DNA of 64,000 nt. Source: Candidatus Daviesbacteria bacterium RIFCSPLOWO2_01_FULL_39_23. Lineage in GTDB: Bacteria > Patescibacteriota > Microgenomatia > Daviesbacterales > UBA10151. The notes under the pieces were generated by a model, which worked only from the letters and a program-made list of their open reading frames with translations, did no database searches and was not told the DNA's origin. Position 1 is the stretch's first letter. The number at the start of each line of letters is the position of its first letter. Shown here in pieces: positions 10,185-19,440 of this stretch. The position numbers were made by a program, and so were the translations under genes. The stretch spans positions 293,449-357,448 of the forward strand of contig MFDN01000001.1 in the NCBI GenBank assembly GCA_001776935.1, written 5' to 3'.

Positions 10185-10448
10185 CTATCTATGTCCTTTC
10201 TTGAAAATAAGCAGCATTTCTTGAAACTGCTGATCTTTATTTTCACCACCTAATATTTTCTTGACGCATCTTTTTAAATGACCCGACAGAATCTCCTCGT
10301 CAGACATCCTGAGATATTTTTGGACTACCTGGGATTCGTGAATAATATCAAGGTAGTATCTTCTCTGTTCGACCATCTTTAAGACTTTGCGCAGGTGCTG
10401 CGCGGCAGTTTTTAATAGTTTTAGTGCTTTTCTCTCGTTATTACTCAT
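10185..10448 (-). CDS. Divergent CsoR/RcnR family protein
   Basis: LKTAAQHLRKVLKMVEQRRYYLDII...GHLKRCV. The conserved YC is replaced by YY. Confidence 0.7.
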   Translation of the reverse strand: MSNNERKALKLLKTAAQHLRKVLKMVEQRRYYLDIIHESQVVQKYLRMSDEEILSGHLKRCVKKILGGENKDQQFQEMLLIFKKGHR

Positions 10449-10459
10449 GTTCTTTTTTT

Positions 10460-11110
10460 CTAACGTTTTCCATAAGCTAATATTAATTTAAACGATTTGG
10501 CTGACGGTAAAAAGGCAGGTGTATTTTTAAGGTAATGTTGATACTCTGGGTGTTTTAGCAAAACTTCTCTTTCTTCCTTTCGGGACAGCCTGATATACAT
10601 AAAAGTTAAAACTGGTGCCATAATCAAAGTTGGAAGTGTTGGCCATTGCATTAAGAACCCTAAAATAATCACTACAAAACCAACGTATTGCGGATGCCTG
10701 ATGTATTTATAAGGACCGGTTCTGGCAATCGTCTGTCTCCTCGTGGCTTGATAAAGGATCTTCCAAGAAGCACTGATTAAGATTAATCCCCCGATAATTA
10801 ATATATAGCTTAAAATATGTAAAATACTAAAATGTGGATCTCCTGTATTTCCCAATAAATCTTCCCATAAATGACCGGAATTATGAGAGAAGTTAATTTG
10901 TGGAAACCTATTTCCTAACCAGGAAGAGAGTAGGTATATGGTTAAGGGAAAACCATACATTTCAGTAAAAAGGGCAATGATAAAGGCAGAGAAAGCCCCG
11001 AATGACCGCCAGTCAACCCCTGTCCTAGGTTTGAAGGACTGATAAGCAAATACAAGAAAAACCACGCTTAATGTTATTGCAACAAACCAATTTCCATATG
11101 CGTACTCCAT
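10460..11110 (-). CDS. Isoprenylcysteine carboxyl methyltransferase (STE14-like) family membrane protein
   Basis: ALFTEMYGFPLTIY, GPYKYIRHPQYVG and EERE..YLKNTPAFLP motifs. Confidence 0.85.
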   Translation of the reverse strand: MEYAYGNWFVAITLSVVFLVFAYQSFKPRTGVDWRSFGAFSAFIIALFTEMYGFPLTIYLLSSWLGNRFPQINFSHNSGHLWEDLLGNTGDPHFSILHILSYILIIGGLILISASWKILYQATRRQTIARTGPYKYIRHPQYVGFVVIILGFLMQWPTLPTLIMAPVLTFMYIRLSRKEEREVLLKHPEYQHYLKNTPAFLPSAKSFKLILAYGKR

Positions 11111-11129
11111 AATGATTTTCCCGACTTTA

Positions 11130-11165
11130 ATTATATGAAACGTTCATGAAGGTTTAATGAAGATT
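11130..11165 (-). promoter_or_regulatory. OmpR-type direct-repeat box plus -10 element
   Basis: ATGAA at 11135, 11146 and 11157 (11-bp period). Minus-strand TATAAT at 11130-11135. Confidence 0.65.
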
Positions 11166-11174
11166 TTAGGGATT

Positions 11175-11202
11175 AAAAAACACCCTCAGTTGAGGGTGTT
11201 TT
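11175..11202 (-). terminator. Intrinsic terminator (possibly bidirectional)
   Basis: AAAAAACACCCTCA-GT-TGAGGGTGTTTT. Confidence 0.8.
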
Positions 11203-11435
11203 CATCTACTAATACAGATTAGTTAAGTAGGACTGCGAATTGGGCTTTGGCAACAACTCGTAAGCATCACCTCCTTAAAAATTAGGTGCTTTAAGGGTAG
11301 GGCCGCGGAGTCTAGGACTTTAAGAATTCATAAACCTTTTAGTAGGTATTCCACTTCCCCTGACTTCCCAGCAAGGGTTCTAAATGACCATTCCTACCCC
11401 AAAGCTGACTTTAAGTTAAACTTAACTTAAAGATA
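11175..11435 (-). ncRNA. Candidate structured sRNA or small-peptide transcript
   Basis: Own RR box (11459-11485) and TATGAT -10 (11442-11447), an 11-bp inverted repeat at 11409-11432, a long stem at 11288-11405 and a terminator. No ORF of 60 aa or more. Confidence 0.4.
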
Positions 11436-11498
11436 GTGCTAATCATACAAAAAGCGCCATGAAACCGTAGTGAAGAGCCTATGAAGATTTATTCATTT

Positions 11499-12911
11499 TT
11501 AAGTAGAAAAAGCTTTTACCAGAGGAAGTGCGATAGTAATTGTAGTTCCTTTCCCAATTTTACTATTAGCTTCAATTGTTCCCCGATGGGCCTTTATAAC
11601 CCCTAAAACGATTGCCAAACCTAAACCTGACCCAAAAACTTTATCGGCTTTAGAACCCCGATAGAACCTTTCAAAAATGTGAGGTAAATCTACCGGAGCT
11701 ATTCCTATTCCGGTATCTTTTACATAAATCATAGCTTTACTACCTTTTTTATGAAGAGATAAAGTTACCTTGCCCGGGGTAGGGGTATATTTGATAGCAT
11801 TATCAATAAGATTAAGCATGGCTCTATAGAGTTTATCCTGTTTACCTAAAATAGTAATATTTTGTTCGACTACACCCTCAACTGTAATGTGTTTGGAAGT
11901 AGCCATTTTTGATGCCACATCCTTTAATTCTTCAATAAGTTCCGAAAGATTTATTTCATCAGGTTTCATTCTGCCAGAATCTGCCTCTGACCAAGCTAAA
12001 TCCAGAATATTTTTGAGTGTGGAAATAACCCTGTTGGTATCAATAAAGGCTTCCTTAAGGACACCTTTGTATTCTTCCTTTGTTCGCTCTTTCGATATTG
12101 CCACTTCAATATCATTATGCAGGGTAGATAGGGGAGTTTTTAGCTCGTGAGCTACATCACCAATAAATTGTCTTTCCCTGTTAAAAGTCAGACGCAGTCT
12201 CTCCAGTAGACTATTAAAGGTTACTGCCAATTCTTCTATTTCATCACCAGTTTGAGGATTTGATACCTGCTCATCCAAATTAAGGTTTTCAGAGTTTATT
12301 CTGCGAAGCTGCGAAGACATAGTACTAATAGGCCGAATCGCCCGATTTGCCAGAAAATACCCACCTCCCACGGTTGGAATTGATAAAACGAGAAAGGTGA
12401 CAACTAGAACTAAAAGCAACGTATTAAGTGATTTTTGAATTACATCAATAGGATGCCCTATCATAACTGCACCGGCAAATTGGTTTTGAATGTTAAGCGG
12501 TACGGTATAGAACCGCATTGCAACCGACCCAACTTGCTCATCACGAAAAAACGGCTTTTGTAACTGTAGAGTTTCCTGGTAGAGACGGGTAAATACCTGA
12601 TCACCGGAGTTTATAGTATACGAGCTGTTTAAGACCTCCCCTTGATTGTTTATTAAGACAACAAACATTCCAGGCAAATCATTGAATTCATTAATAAATG
12701 CTTCTTTTTGCATCGCCTGACGCATATCGGTACTTTGGCGTAACATGACCTCTGCCACCTTATCTCCATGAGAGGTAAGAATCTGATCAGTATGAGTAAA
12801 AAGAACCTGACGGGTAACAAAATAAAAAGCTGCAAACACTAAAATTGTAGCTGCAAATAAAGCGCAGCTATACCAAATAATAAGCTGAAAACGGATTCCT
12901 TTTTTTCTCAT
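11499..12911 (-). CDS. Sensor histidine kinase (HAMP-HisKA-HATPase, CusS/CzcS-like)
   Basis: Two TM segments; DEIEELAVTFN, VAHELKTPL, NLIDNAIKY, DTGIGI and GSGLGL motifs. Confidence 0.92.
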   Translation of the reverse strand: MRKKGIRFQLIIWYSCALFAATILVFAAFYFVTRQVLFTHTDQILTSHGDKVAEVMLRQSTDMRQAMQKEAFINEFNDLPGMFVVLINNQGEVLNSSYTINSGDQVFTRLYQETLQLQKPFFRDEQVGSVAMRFYTVPLNIQNQFAGAVMIGHPIDVIQKSLNTLLLVLVVTFLVLSIPTVGGGYFLANRAIRPISTMSSQLRRINSENLNLDEQVSNPQTGDEIEELAVTFNSLLERLRLTFNRERQFIGDVAHELKTPLSTLHNDIEVAISKERTKEEYKGVLKEAFIDTNRVISTLKNILDLAWSEADSGRMKPDEINLSELIEELKDVASKMATSKHITVEGVVEQNITILGKQDKLYRAMLNLIDNAIKYTPTPGKVTLSLHKKGSKAMIYVKDTGIGIAPVDLPHIFERFYRGSKADKVFGSGLGLAIVLGVIKAHRGTIEANSKIGKGTTITIALPLVKAFST

Positions 12912-13609
12912 GCATCGGCGCTGATTTTACCTTTATCAAGCGGCAAGCCTATTTTATATCCTACTCCATGAACAGTATGGATAAGTTTAACTTTGGCTCC
13001 TCGGTCAACCTTTCGTCTGATAGCAGCTATAAAGGCATCAACAATATTACTCATCCCTTCAAAATTATAATCCCAAACATGCTCAATAATCATAGTTCTA
13101 GTCAGTACTTCATCTTTGTGTCTCAATAAGTATTCTAGTATGGCAAATTCCTTGGATGTAAGTGTGATTAAGTTGTCTGAACGCTTTACTATATGTTTCA
13201 GGGGATCAATTTCAAGATCAGCGATTTTTAAAACCAGAGTGGCTTCCTGCTTACTTCTTCTAATAAGTGCTTGAATTCTGGATCTAAGTTCCAAAAAGGA
13301 AAATGGTTTTGTCAGGTAGTCATCTGCACCACCATCCAATCCGGCAATCCTATCTTCGATATTTGACTTTGCCGTCAGCATAATAATTGGGGTTTTAATA
13401 TTTTTACTACGAAGTTCTTTACAAACCGTTACTCCATCAACTTTCGGCAGCATAACATCTAAAACAATCAAATCGTACTCCTCAGTTTCAGCCATATACT
13501 GGCCTTCTTCACCATCATAAGCCACATCAACTGCAAACCCTTCCTCAGCTAGACCCTTTTTAACACTATTAGCCAAACGGTGTTCGTCATCAACAACCAA
13601 AATACGCAT
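12908..13609 (-). CDS. OmpR-family response regulator (CusR/CzcR-like)
   Basis: MRILVVDDE, LDVMLP, DYLTKPF and IHTVHGVGY motifs. Confidence 0.93.
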   Translation of the reverse strand: MRILVVDDEHRLANSVKKGLAEEGFAVDVAYDGEEGQYMAETEEYDLIVLDVMLPKVDGVTVCKELRSKNIKTPIIMLTAKSNIEDRIAGLDGGADDYLTKPFSFLELRSRIQALIRRSKQEATLVLKIADLEIDPLKHIVKRSDNLITLTSKEFAILEYLLRHKDEVLTRTMIIEHVWDYNFEGMSNIVDAFIAAIRRKVDRGAKVKLIHTVHGVGYKIGLPLDKGKISADA

Positions 13610-13693
13610 AAATCACCTTATAAGTAGCATTCTACAATAAAAAGGTTAAGATATTATGAAGATTCTATTGGTCTTAGTCAAATTGAAGGTGAA

Positions 13694-14050
13694 TTAAGGA
13701 AGCAAAGGCCCGCCCTGGTAATTAGGAATCCACCAGGGAAGAAAGACATAAATCATGAAAGCAATACCAAAAATTATAGAAAAAGCAATGTATAAAATAA
13801 TGCTTAGGGTATGGTCACCAAAAGTTTTATAACCTTTTTCTTTACAACATTTACCATGGTGATGATGCCACCATAAAAATAATCCTCCCAAAAGAAGAAT
13901 GGGAATTAGCAGCGTCTTATTTCTTCCTTCGTTGGTTAGTACTAACAAATACCCTGAGGAGATCAAGAAAAACAGCAATGCACCACAACAAAGTACATGG
14001 AAAAACAAAAAGGGGATGGTTGTTCCGGCAAACTTTTTGATTACATTCAC
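13694..14050 (-). CDS. Small 3-TM protein with CC and HHHH motifs (MerT/MerF-like)
   Basis: FHVLCCGALL and WWHHHHGKCCKE. Confidence 0.55.
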   Translation of the reverse strand: MNVIKKFAGTTIPFLFFHVLCCGALLFFLISSGYLLVLTNEGRNKTLLIPILLLGGLFLWWHHHHGKCCKEKGYKTFGDHTLSIILYIAFSIIFGIAFMIYVFLPWWIPNYQGGPLLP

Positions 14051-14107
14051 TGGATTAAATTATATGTAAAAAAGATTAAGAATTCATGAATACCATTAAA
14101 CTCCTGC

Positions 14108-14353
14108 TTACCCATGCTCATAGATAAATTCACTTGCATATTTCTCTGGACAGTCTTCAAAACGTTGTAAACAATCTTCTGAGCAAAAATAATACAACTT
14201 TCCTTTGTGATATGATCTATACTCTGTTTCGTAAGGTTGAAGTTCTAATTCGCAAATCGGATCTATAACAAATTCTTCTTCGTCAATGGGCACTTCCAAA
14301 TCATCAGAAACTTGTTGTCCAATTACTTTAGAAAACTTCATTTTAATGCTCAT
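14108..14353 (-). CDS. YHS-domain protein
   Basis: IDPICEL...YYFCSEDCLQRF. Confidence 0.8.
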   Translation of the reverse strand: MSIKMKFSKVIGQQVSDDLEVPIDEEEFVIDPICELELQPYETEYRSYHKGKLYYFCSEDCLQRFEDCPEKYASEFIYEHG

Positions 14354-14415
14354 ATTACTAAAGATTGATGAATATTTAATGAATATTAGGGGGTGGAAGT
14401 AATCTTATATTTCCT

Positions 14416-14943
14416 CTAGCATTGTTCACTGACTCTGCAAATATAATCTGTTAACTGTTGCTTATCCAAAAAGCCGTAAGCAGGAGATTTTTCTATCCCT
14501 TTAGCATCAAAAATAAACGTAGGGACTCCCGAGATTTTATATTTTTGAGCCTCCTCACCACAAGAATCCAGCCCATACCATTCCCCGTAAAAGTGATCTC
14601 CATGCTCAGGTAGTATTTGATCCAAAACTTTATTTTGGGCAACACAATAAGGACAGGTTTCCGATTCAAAGACTTTAAACTTTAAAGGAGCAGCGGGATT
14701 ACCAGCTTTAATATTAGGACAGTTTTTTTCACCTAACTCAATTTTCTTACTAAACTCAGCCGCAACCATCCTCGGAGGTTTATTTGCAGCTTTCTCAATT
14801 TGAGTAATTTCCTGGCTAGTATTTTTAATTCCTAAGTTTAGGTAAACATTAAAACCAATAAACAGTGTTACTAACACCACTAAAAATAAAGGTGTTTTTT
14901 TAAAAATCTGTTGGTCTGTCCAAACAATTTTTGGTAAGCTCAT
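14416..14943 (-). CDS. Membrane-anchored thioredoxin/DsbA-like protein
   Basis: GNPAAP...ESETCPYC...ISGVPTFI. Confidence 0.8.
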   Translation of the reverse strand: MSLPKIVWTDQQIFKKTPLFLVVLVTLFIGFNVYLNLGIKNTSQEITQIEKAANKPPRMVAAEFSKKIELGEKNCPNIKAGNPAAPLKFKVFESETCPYCVAQNKVLDQILPEHGDHFYGEWYGLDSCGEEAQKYKISGVPTFIFDAKGIEKSPAYGFLDKQQLTDYICRVSEQC

Positions 14944-15617
14944 ATTGAAATTACTTGTAACGCTAAATAAATTAAATAAATTCCGGCCAAAATAATCAAT
15001 ACTCCTGCGCTTTTCTGCAATGTTCCCATATACCTTGTTAAAAACTTATGCATGGCGCTTTTTGACAAAGATGAGATGAGAGAAAATAGGATCATCAGGG
15101 ACGACATAGCTAAAGCATAAACTGCAAAATTAATTACTCCTCCAAACATTCCCTTCTGGGCTAATGATTGAAAAATCACCAACAAAAAAATTGGTAAAGT
15201 ACACCCTATCGCCCCAAAAGCATAAGCTACGCCAAAAAGATAGAACCTTCTTCCGCCATTAGTTCTAGTTTGGATAACAAGAGGCGGTCTGACGGCGAAT
15301 TCATAGCCAAGCAGTGTTGATGACCCCATAAATAAAAGGAGTCCGCCGGTAACCAATTCTATCCAGGGAAAAATTGGAGCAATAAGGCGCCCAAAAAGAG
15401 CCAGAATGATGCCAAAGACAATATAAACACTGATAAGTCCTAAGCTGGCTAAGCTGCCAGCCTTAAGGCCAAAAAGAAGCTGTTGTATTTTATTGTTATC
15501 TCCCGTTTCCTGCTTAACATAGTACCCGACGTACGCCGGAATTAAGGCAATACTACATGGAGCAAAGAAAGCCTGCAGACCTGCCAGAAACGAGAAGGAA
15601 ACTAAAACTAGATCCAT
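14940..15617 (-). CDS. ccdA: CcdA-like transmembrane electron transporter, copy 2
   Basis: FFAPCSIALIPAY and IGCTLPIF motifs. Confidence 0.82.
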   Translation of the reverse strand: MDLVLVSFSFLAGLQAFFAPCSIALIPAYVGYYVKQETGDNNKIQQLLFGLKAGSLASLGLISVYIVFGIILALFGRLIAPIFPWIELVTGGLLLFMGSSTLLGYEFAVRPPLVIQTRTNGGRRFYLFGVAYAFGAIGCTLPIFLLVIFQSLAQKGMFGGVINFAVYALAMSSLMILFSLISSLSKSAMHKFLTRYMGTLQKSAGVLIILAGIYLIYLALQVISI

Positions 15618-15620
15618 ACT

Positions 15621-16205
15621 CTAGAGTGGTGCTTTTTCAGGACCCCGGTCTTCATTTGTTTCCATGAAAGTTTTGATTCGATCCTCATCAATTGTTTGGA
15701 GCTTAAGTAACCTGCCCCATGAAGTTAAAGCAATTGGAACATCAAGGCTGTCCCTTGGGATCATAATCTTTTTACTAACTGAAACAGATCCAAAAATTTG
15801 TTTTAACCTGTCAATATCTTGCTCAGATAAACCATTTGTCTTTGCTGATTCCGTTCCTTCTGTTACTTGATTATCTGTGCCACTGGATGGTTTGTACCAA
15901 AGTATAACGGCTCCGTGTTCCATGCTGTGTATTAGATTCCCATCCGGGATAGGTTTGTCATAGATACCAGCAGGTTGGGAGTTGGCATAATGGGGACCTG
16001 ATGTTGGCGGATTCGTGCTATATTCTTCTTTTGTACTTTCTGGTACATGATTTGCACCCTGACTGGCAATGGCCTCTCCTATTAAAGGTTGGTTTAATTT
16101 TGCCTGATCCTTGGCGCCTTGGATGTTTAGAAACCAGATGCCTCCACCAAGAATAATAACAGTGGCTATTACAACTCCTATAATAATTTTAGTTTCTGTC
16201 GTCAT
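15621..16205 (-). CDS. DUF3105-like exported protein
   Basis: YSTNPPTSGPHY, LIHSMEHGAVILWY, IALTSWG and GPE motifs. Confidence 0.8.
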   Translation of the reverse strand: MTTETKIIIGVVIATVIILGGGIWFLNIQGAKDQAKLNQPLIGEAIASQGANHVPESTKEEYSTNPPTSGPHYANSQPAGIYDKPIPDGNLIHSMEHGAVILWYKPSSGTDNQVTEGTESAKTNGLSEQDIDRLKQIFGSVSVSKKIMIPRDSLDVPIALTSWGRLLKLQTIDEDRIKTFMETNEDRGPEKAPL

Positions 16206-16212
16206 ATATTTC

Positions 16213-16560
16213 TCATTTTTTTGTAACAGTAATATTTATATTGAAAAGTTTGCTCAAAAAACCGGAAGAATTCATCCTCCACATTAGGAATTGGTTAAAT
16301 AAAAATGCTCCAATAATTACGATTAAAAGGATCACACTCAACTTTTTCATTAAAGCCTGCGAGTCAGTATTTTTTAGGCTTATGGGAAATATGATTTGTG
16401 TGACCGGCGCTTGCTTTGAAATTTTAAGCTTAGATATCTCTTCTTCCGATATGAAAATATTTTGCAAAGAATGGCGAAACAGGAAGTAAAGTATGCCTCC
16501 GATTATCAGGACGCTACCCAGAAATAGAAAAAAATCATTGTAGTCGGTCAAATTAATCAT
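16213..16560 (-). CDS. Small 2-TM hypothetical protein
   Basis: In operon. FLFNQFLM resembles FLVNQLLM in the neighbouring 427-aa protein. Confidence 0.55.
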   Translation of the reverse strand: MINLTDYNDFFLFLGSVLIIGGILYFLFRHSLQNIFISEEEISKLKISKQAPVTQIIFPISLKNTDSQALMKKLSVILLIVIIGAFLFNQFLMWRMNSSGFLSKLFNINITVTKK

Positions 16561-17840
16561 CTTGCAATTCCATGCCTTCCATCAGAACCTGCGCCACCAT
16601 GTGACTCATGTGGGAGGGCGCTGTCGTTCCCGGTTGCTAACAGATAATCTTCCAGCATTCCTTTTGGATACCACAGGGCATACCAACGATGAGATTCGCC
16701 AACAAGTTGCTCATCTGAATATTTATCGCCGAAATTTGTGATCATAAAGCGGTAAAAGCCCCTGACTGCTTTTGCATGGGCACATCCGCAGTTTTTATTC
16801 ATTGTCACATTATTAGCGCTGCCGCAACAGTAGCTACAAGTCATCATAGTAGAGATCAGCTTTTGATATCTTGTCTCTTGCTCGGTTGAAAGTTTTATGG
16901 AAGTTTCAAATACCCCCCACTTTTTTTGGGCATTGATAGGATCATCAAAAGCAACATCATCAGGAGCATAAAAAGGTTTACCGGTTGCAATCATTACCAC
17001 TTTGGCATCAGCGAGTGCGTTTCCTGAATTTGGGTTGGCAGATACTTCCGTGATTGTCGGCCATTCAAACAAGGAAGTGGTTTTTCCATCAGGATTTATT
17101 TTAGGTGCGATAATAGTGTAGGTGGATTTAGTTTGGATACCAAGTAGCTTTGCTACAAATCCTTTATTTGAAGTCATACCCATTGTAGCAGCAACCTGAG
17201 ACATCAAAAGCTGGTTTACAAGGAAAAGTCCTGCCAAAGAAAAAACAAAAATATTTTGTAGTGGTAAAATGACAAATCGTTTTTGTGCCCCTTGTTTTGC
17301 AACGGAACTTTTAAGATTGTGAGATATATCGTTACACTCCTTGCAATGAATAGCTGCCTTAACTTTGCTAATGCCATAGAGCAATGATCCGATCAAAAGG
17401 ATTAAACTTAAAAATTTAAGTTCTAAACCTTGCAAGGGGAATACAGCTAATCCACCCGCTACACCGATTGCTGATAATAGAAATGCCCCGCAAACAGGGC
17501 AACCCATACTAAAAGCAGCTGCTAATAAACCCCCGAAATTTGCACTGATGTTCTTAGTTTGACTCAACCTGGAATGACGATAAAGCCAAAGGGCAGTGGC
17601 TACGCTTACACCGGATAAAAGAATTATCAAGATTGATGTAGCTATATAGGTGATACCATACAAAACGCTGTATGAACCAAAGTCTCCGCTCTTCATGTTT
17701 TGTAAGAAAGTTTGGATAGTTGTGGTTTTATAAAACAGCCAGTAAGAAAGATAAGAAAATGCCAGAGTTGTATAGAAGGTTACATATCTGTAAAAAGATT
17801 CCCTAAATATAATTTTTAATGATGTTAATATTGTATACAT
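16557..17840 (-). CDS. Multi-TM protein with GCPVCG motif and Cys-rich soluble domain
   Basis: SMGCPVCGA, HCKECND and TCSYCCG...CGCAH motifs. Confidence 0.65.
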   Translation of the reverse strand: MYTILTSLKIIFRESFYRYVTFYTTLAFSYLSYWLFYKTTTIQTFLQNMKSGDFGSYSVLYGITYIATSILIILLSGVSVATALWLYRHSRLSQTKNISANFGGLLAAAFSMGCPVCGAFLLSAIGVAGGLAVFPLQGLELKFLSLILLIGSLLYGISKVKAAIHCKECNDISHNLKSSVAKQGAQKRFVILPLQNIFVFSLAGLFLVNQLLMSQVAATMGMTSNKGFVAKLLGIQTKSTYTIIAPKINPDGKTTSLFEWPTITEVSANPNSGNALADAKVVMIATGKPFYAPDDVAFDDPINAQKKWGVFETSIKLSTEQETRYQKLISTMMTCSYCCGSANNVTMNKNCGCAHAKAVRGFYRFMITNFGDKYSDEQLVGESHRWYALWYPKGMLEDYLLATGNDSALPHESHGGAGSDGRHGIAR

Positions 17841-17842
17841 AA

Positions 17843-19063
17843 TTATTGTTGCGCTCCGCTTGGCGTGGCTGATGGTGTAGCTGACTGAACCTTACCCACT
17901 ATCTGATTAGTTGTTAAATCCTTATAAACGACACCTCTCAGTTGTTGCATTTCCCTAAACACATACCAGCCGTCTGTTTCCACTGTCCCCACATTTTTCC
18001 AAACATTCTTCAAATTCGTATACTGATCTGATTCGGGTGACGTAAGAATAGTAGGAATTTTGGTAATCTTATACTTGCTAATCAAACCCTGTCCCTCACC
18101 TGAAGACACATCAACAGTCCGTTCAGACCGGATACCTACACCATATCCTTGTTTAAGAATAGGTTTTTGAACCGCATCTGCTTTATAACAATCGCTACAG
18201 TTAGAGTCAGTTAAATAGATTAAATCAACTAAACCTAAGATTTGATTCTTCTCTAAATCTCTATATGGTAAAAATAAATTGCGTGCTACGTAAGTTTTAT
18301 CTTGCTCAACCGTACCAATATTTGCCCAGCTTGATTTAACATTGTCGTAGAAATCTATATCAGATGAAAGAACGAAAGTTGGCAGCTTGGTAATTTTGTA
18401 CTGATTGATAATTCTTTGTCCCTCAAAGGAATTCCATACGATTTCTTTTTGATCCACGATTTTTATTCCGGATTTTTTGAAACTCTCTAATGTTAACTTA
18501 GGATCGATACACTCCGTGCAAGACGGATCAGTCAGTATAGTTGCAATTACCTTACCCACTTCTTGTTTGCTGTCAGTATCAATAAAAACAGGAGTAACTT
18601 TGGTAAAGACAAAATTATTATTTTTTATCTCACCATTGTTTTTAACAAAACCCTCAAGATTGCTTTTGGTTACTTCTCCTGAAACAATATAAGCTGGAAT
18701 TCTTTTAATAGCTAACTCTTTAATAGAGGCGCTGGCTTCCGGTGAATCAAAGTTTAATGTAATTTCGTCTTCTACTTTAACATTTTGCTTCTTAAAGTCA
18801 TTGACAGCAGCATCAATGTTAAAGCAGTCCTGACAACCAGGTACAGAAATTTTAACAATTTTGACATTGGCTGGTCGGGCTGCTTCTTTTGCAGCAGCAA
18901 TATTTTTATTGACAGCAACAAGGGTTTTAGTAGAAACAAGCGCTCCTATAACAGTGGCGGTAAGCGTGACAATCAAAATTATCTTTGGCCATGTAATATT
19001 TAGCTTCTTTTTCTTGCTACTTAACCTCGAGCCGATACTAGATACAACATCTTTCCTGTTCAT
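17843..19063 (-). CDS. Membrane-anchored protein with three tandem thioredoxin-like CxxC domains
   Basis: CQDC, CTEC and CSDC, each followed by a (K/R)(I/L)P(T/A) cis-Pro-like motif. Confidence 0.7.
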   Translation of the reverse strand: MNRKDVVSSIGSRLSSKKKKLNITWPKIILIVTLTATVIGALVSTKTLVAVNKNIAAAKEAARPANVKIVKISVPGCQDCFNIDAAVNDFKKQNVKVEDEITLNFDSPEASASIKELAIKRIPAYIVSGEVTKSNLEGFVKNNGEIKNNNFVFTKVTPVFIDTDSKQEVGKVIATILTDPSCTECIDPKLTLESFKKSGIKIVDQKEIVWNSFEGQRIINQYKITKLPTFVLSSDIDFYDNVKSSWANIGTVEQDKTYVARNLFLPYRDLEKNQILGLVDLIYLTDSNCSDCYKADAVQKPILKQGYGVGIRSERTVDVSSGEGQGLISKYKITKIPTILTSPESDQYTNLKNVWKNVGTVETDGWYVFREMQQLRGVVYKDLTTNQIVGKVQSATPSATPSGAQQ

Positions 19064-19087
19064 AATATTTAGACAGTTTGTGCATCA

Positions 19088-19363
19088 CTAGCATCCTCCA
19101 ACCATGGACTGCGGCACGTCCGCATTGCTTCCTGTGCCAGCTCCGCTGTTTGTAGTAGCAGGAGCAGCTTTTACCGTAGACGTACTGGCTTTAGAGCTGA
19201 TACGTACTAATTGAAATGTTTGGAAAAGAGTGATCACAGCTATAAGTCCAAGCACCACAATTTGTAAGTTAGGTTTTGGGACACGCAATACTACAGTATT
19301 ATTGTTTTCTTGACTCGGAGAATGACGTGTTGCGTTTGTTTCTATCCGTTGATTTTCTGTCAT
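19088..19363 (-). CDS. Small membrane-anchored protein ending MVGGC
   Basis: One TM, low-complexity linker and C-terminal Cys. SD AAGGAGG. Confidence 0.65.
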   Translation of the reverse strand: MTENQRIETNATRHSPSQENNNTVVLRVPKPNLQIVVLGLIAVITLFQTFQLVRISSKASTSTVKAAPATTNSGAGTGSNADVPQSMVGGC

Positions 19364-19387
19364 AAAGCACCTCCTTTCTAATTAGAC

Positions 19388-19425
19388 TACTACTTAGTGT
19401 AGTAGAATAATCTTTGCTTTGTCAA
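19388..19425 (-). promoter_or_regulatory. BlaI-type operator (site 2) within a promoter
   Basis: TACTACttagtGTAGTA at 19388-19404. Minus-strand TTGACA at 19420-19425. Confidence 0.75.
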
Positions 19426-19440
19426 TGAGGAAATGGTTAA

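Noticed and set aside
11265-11277. 16S rRNA 3'-end-like ATCACCTCCTT
   Set aside because: No rRNA context; it is simply a minus-strand SD.
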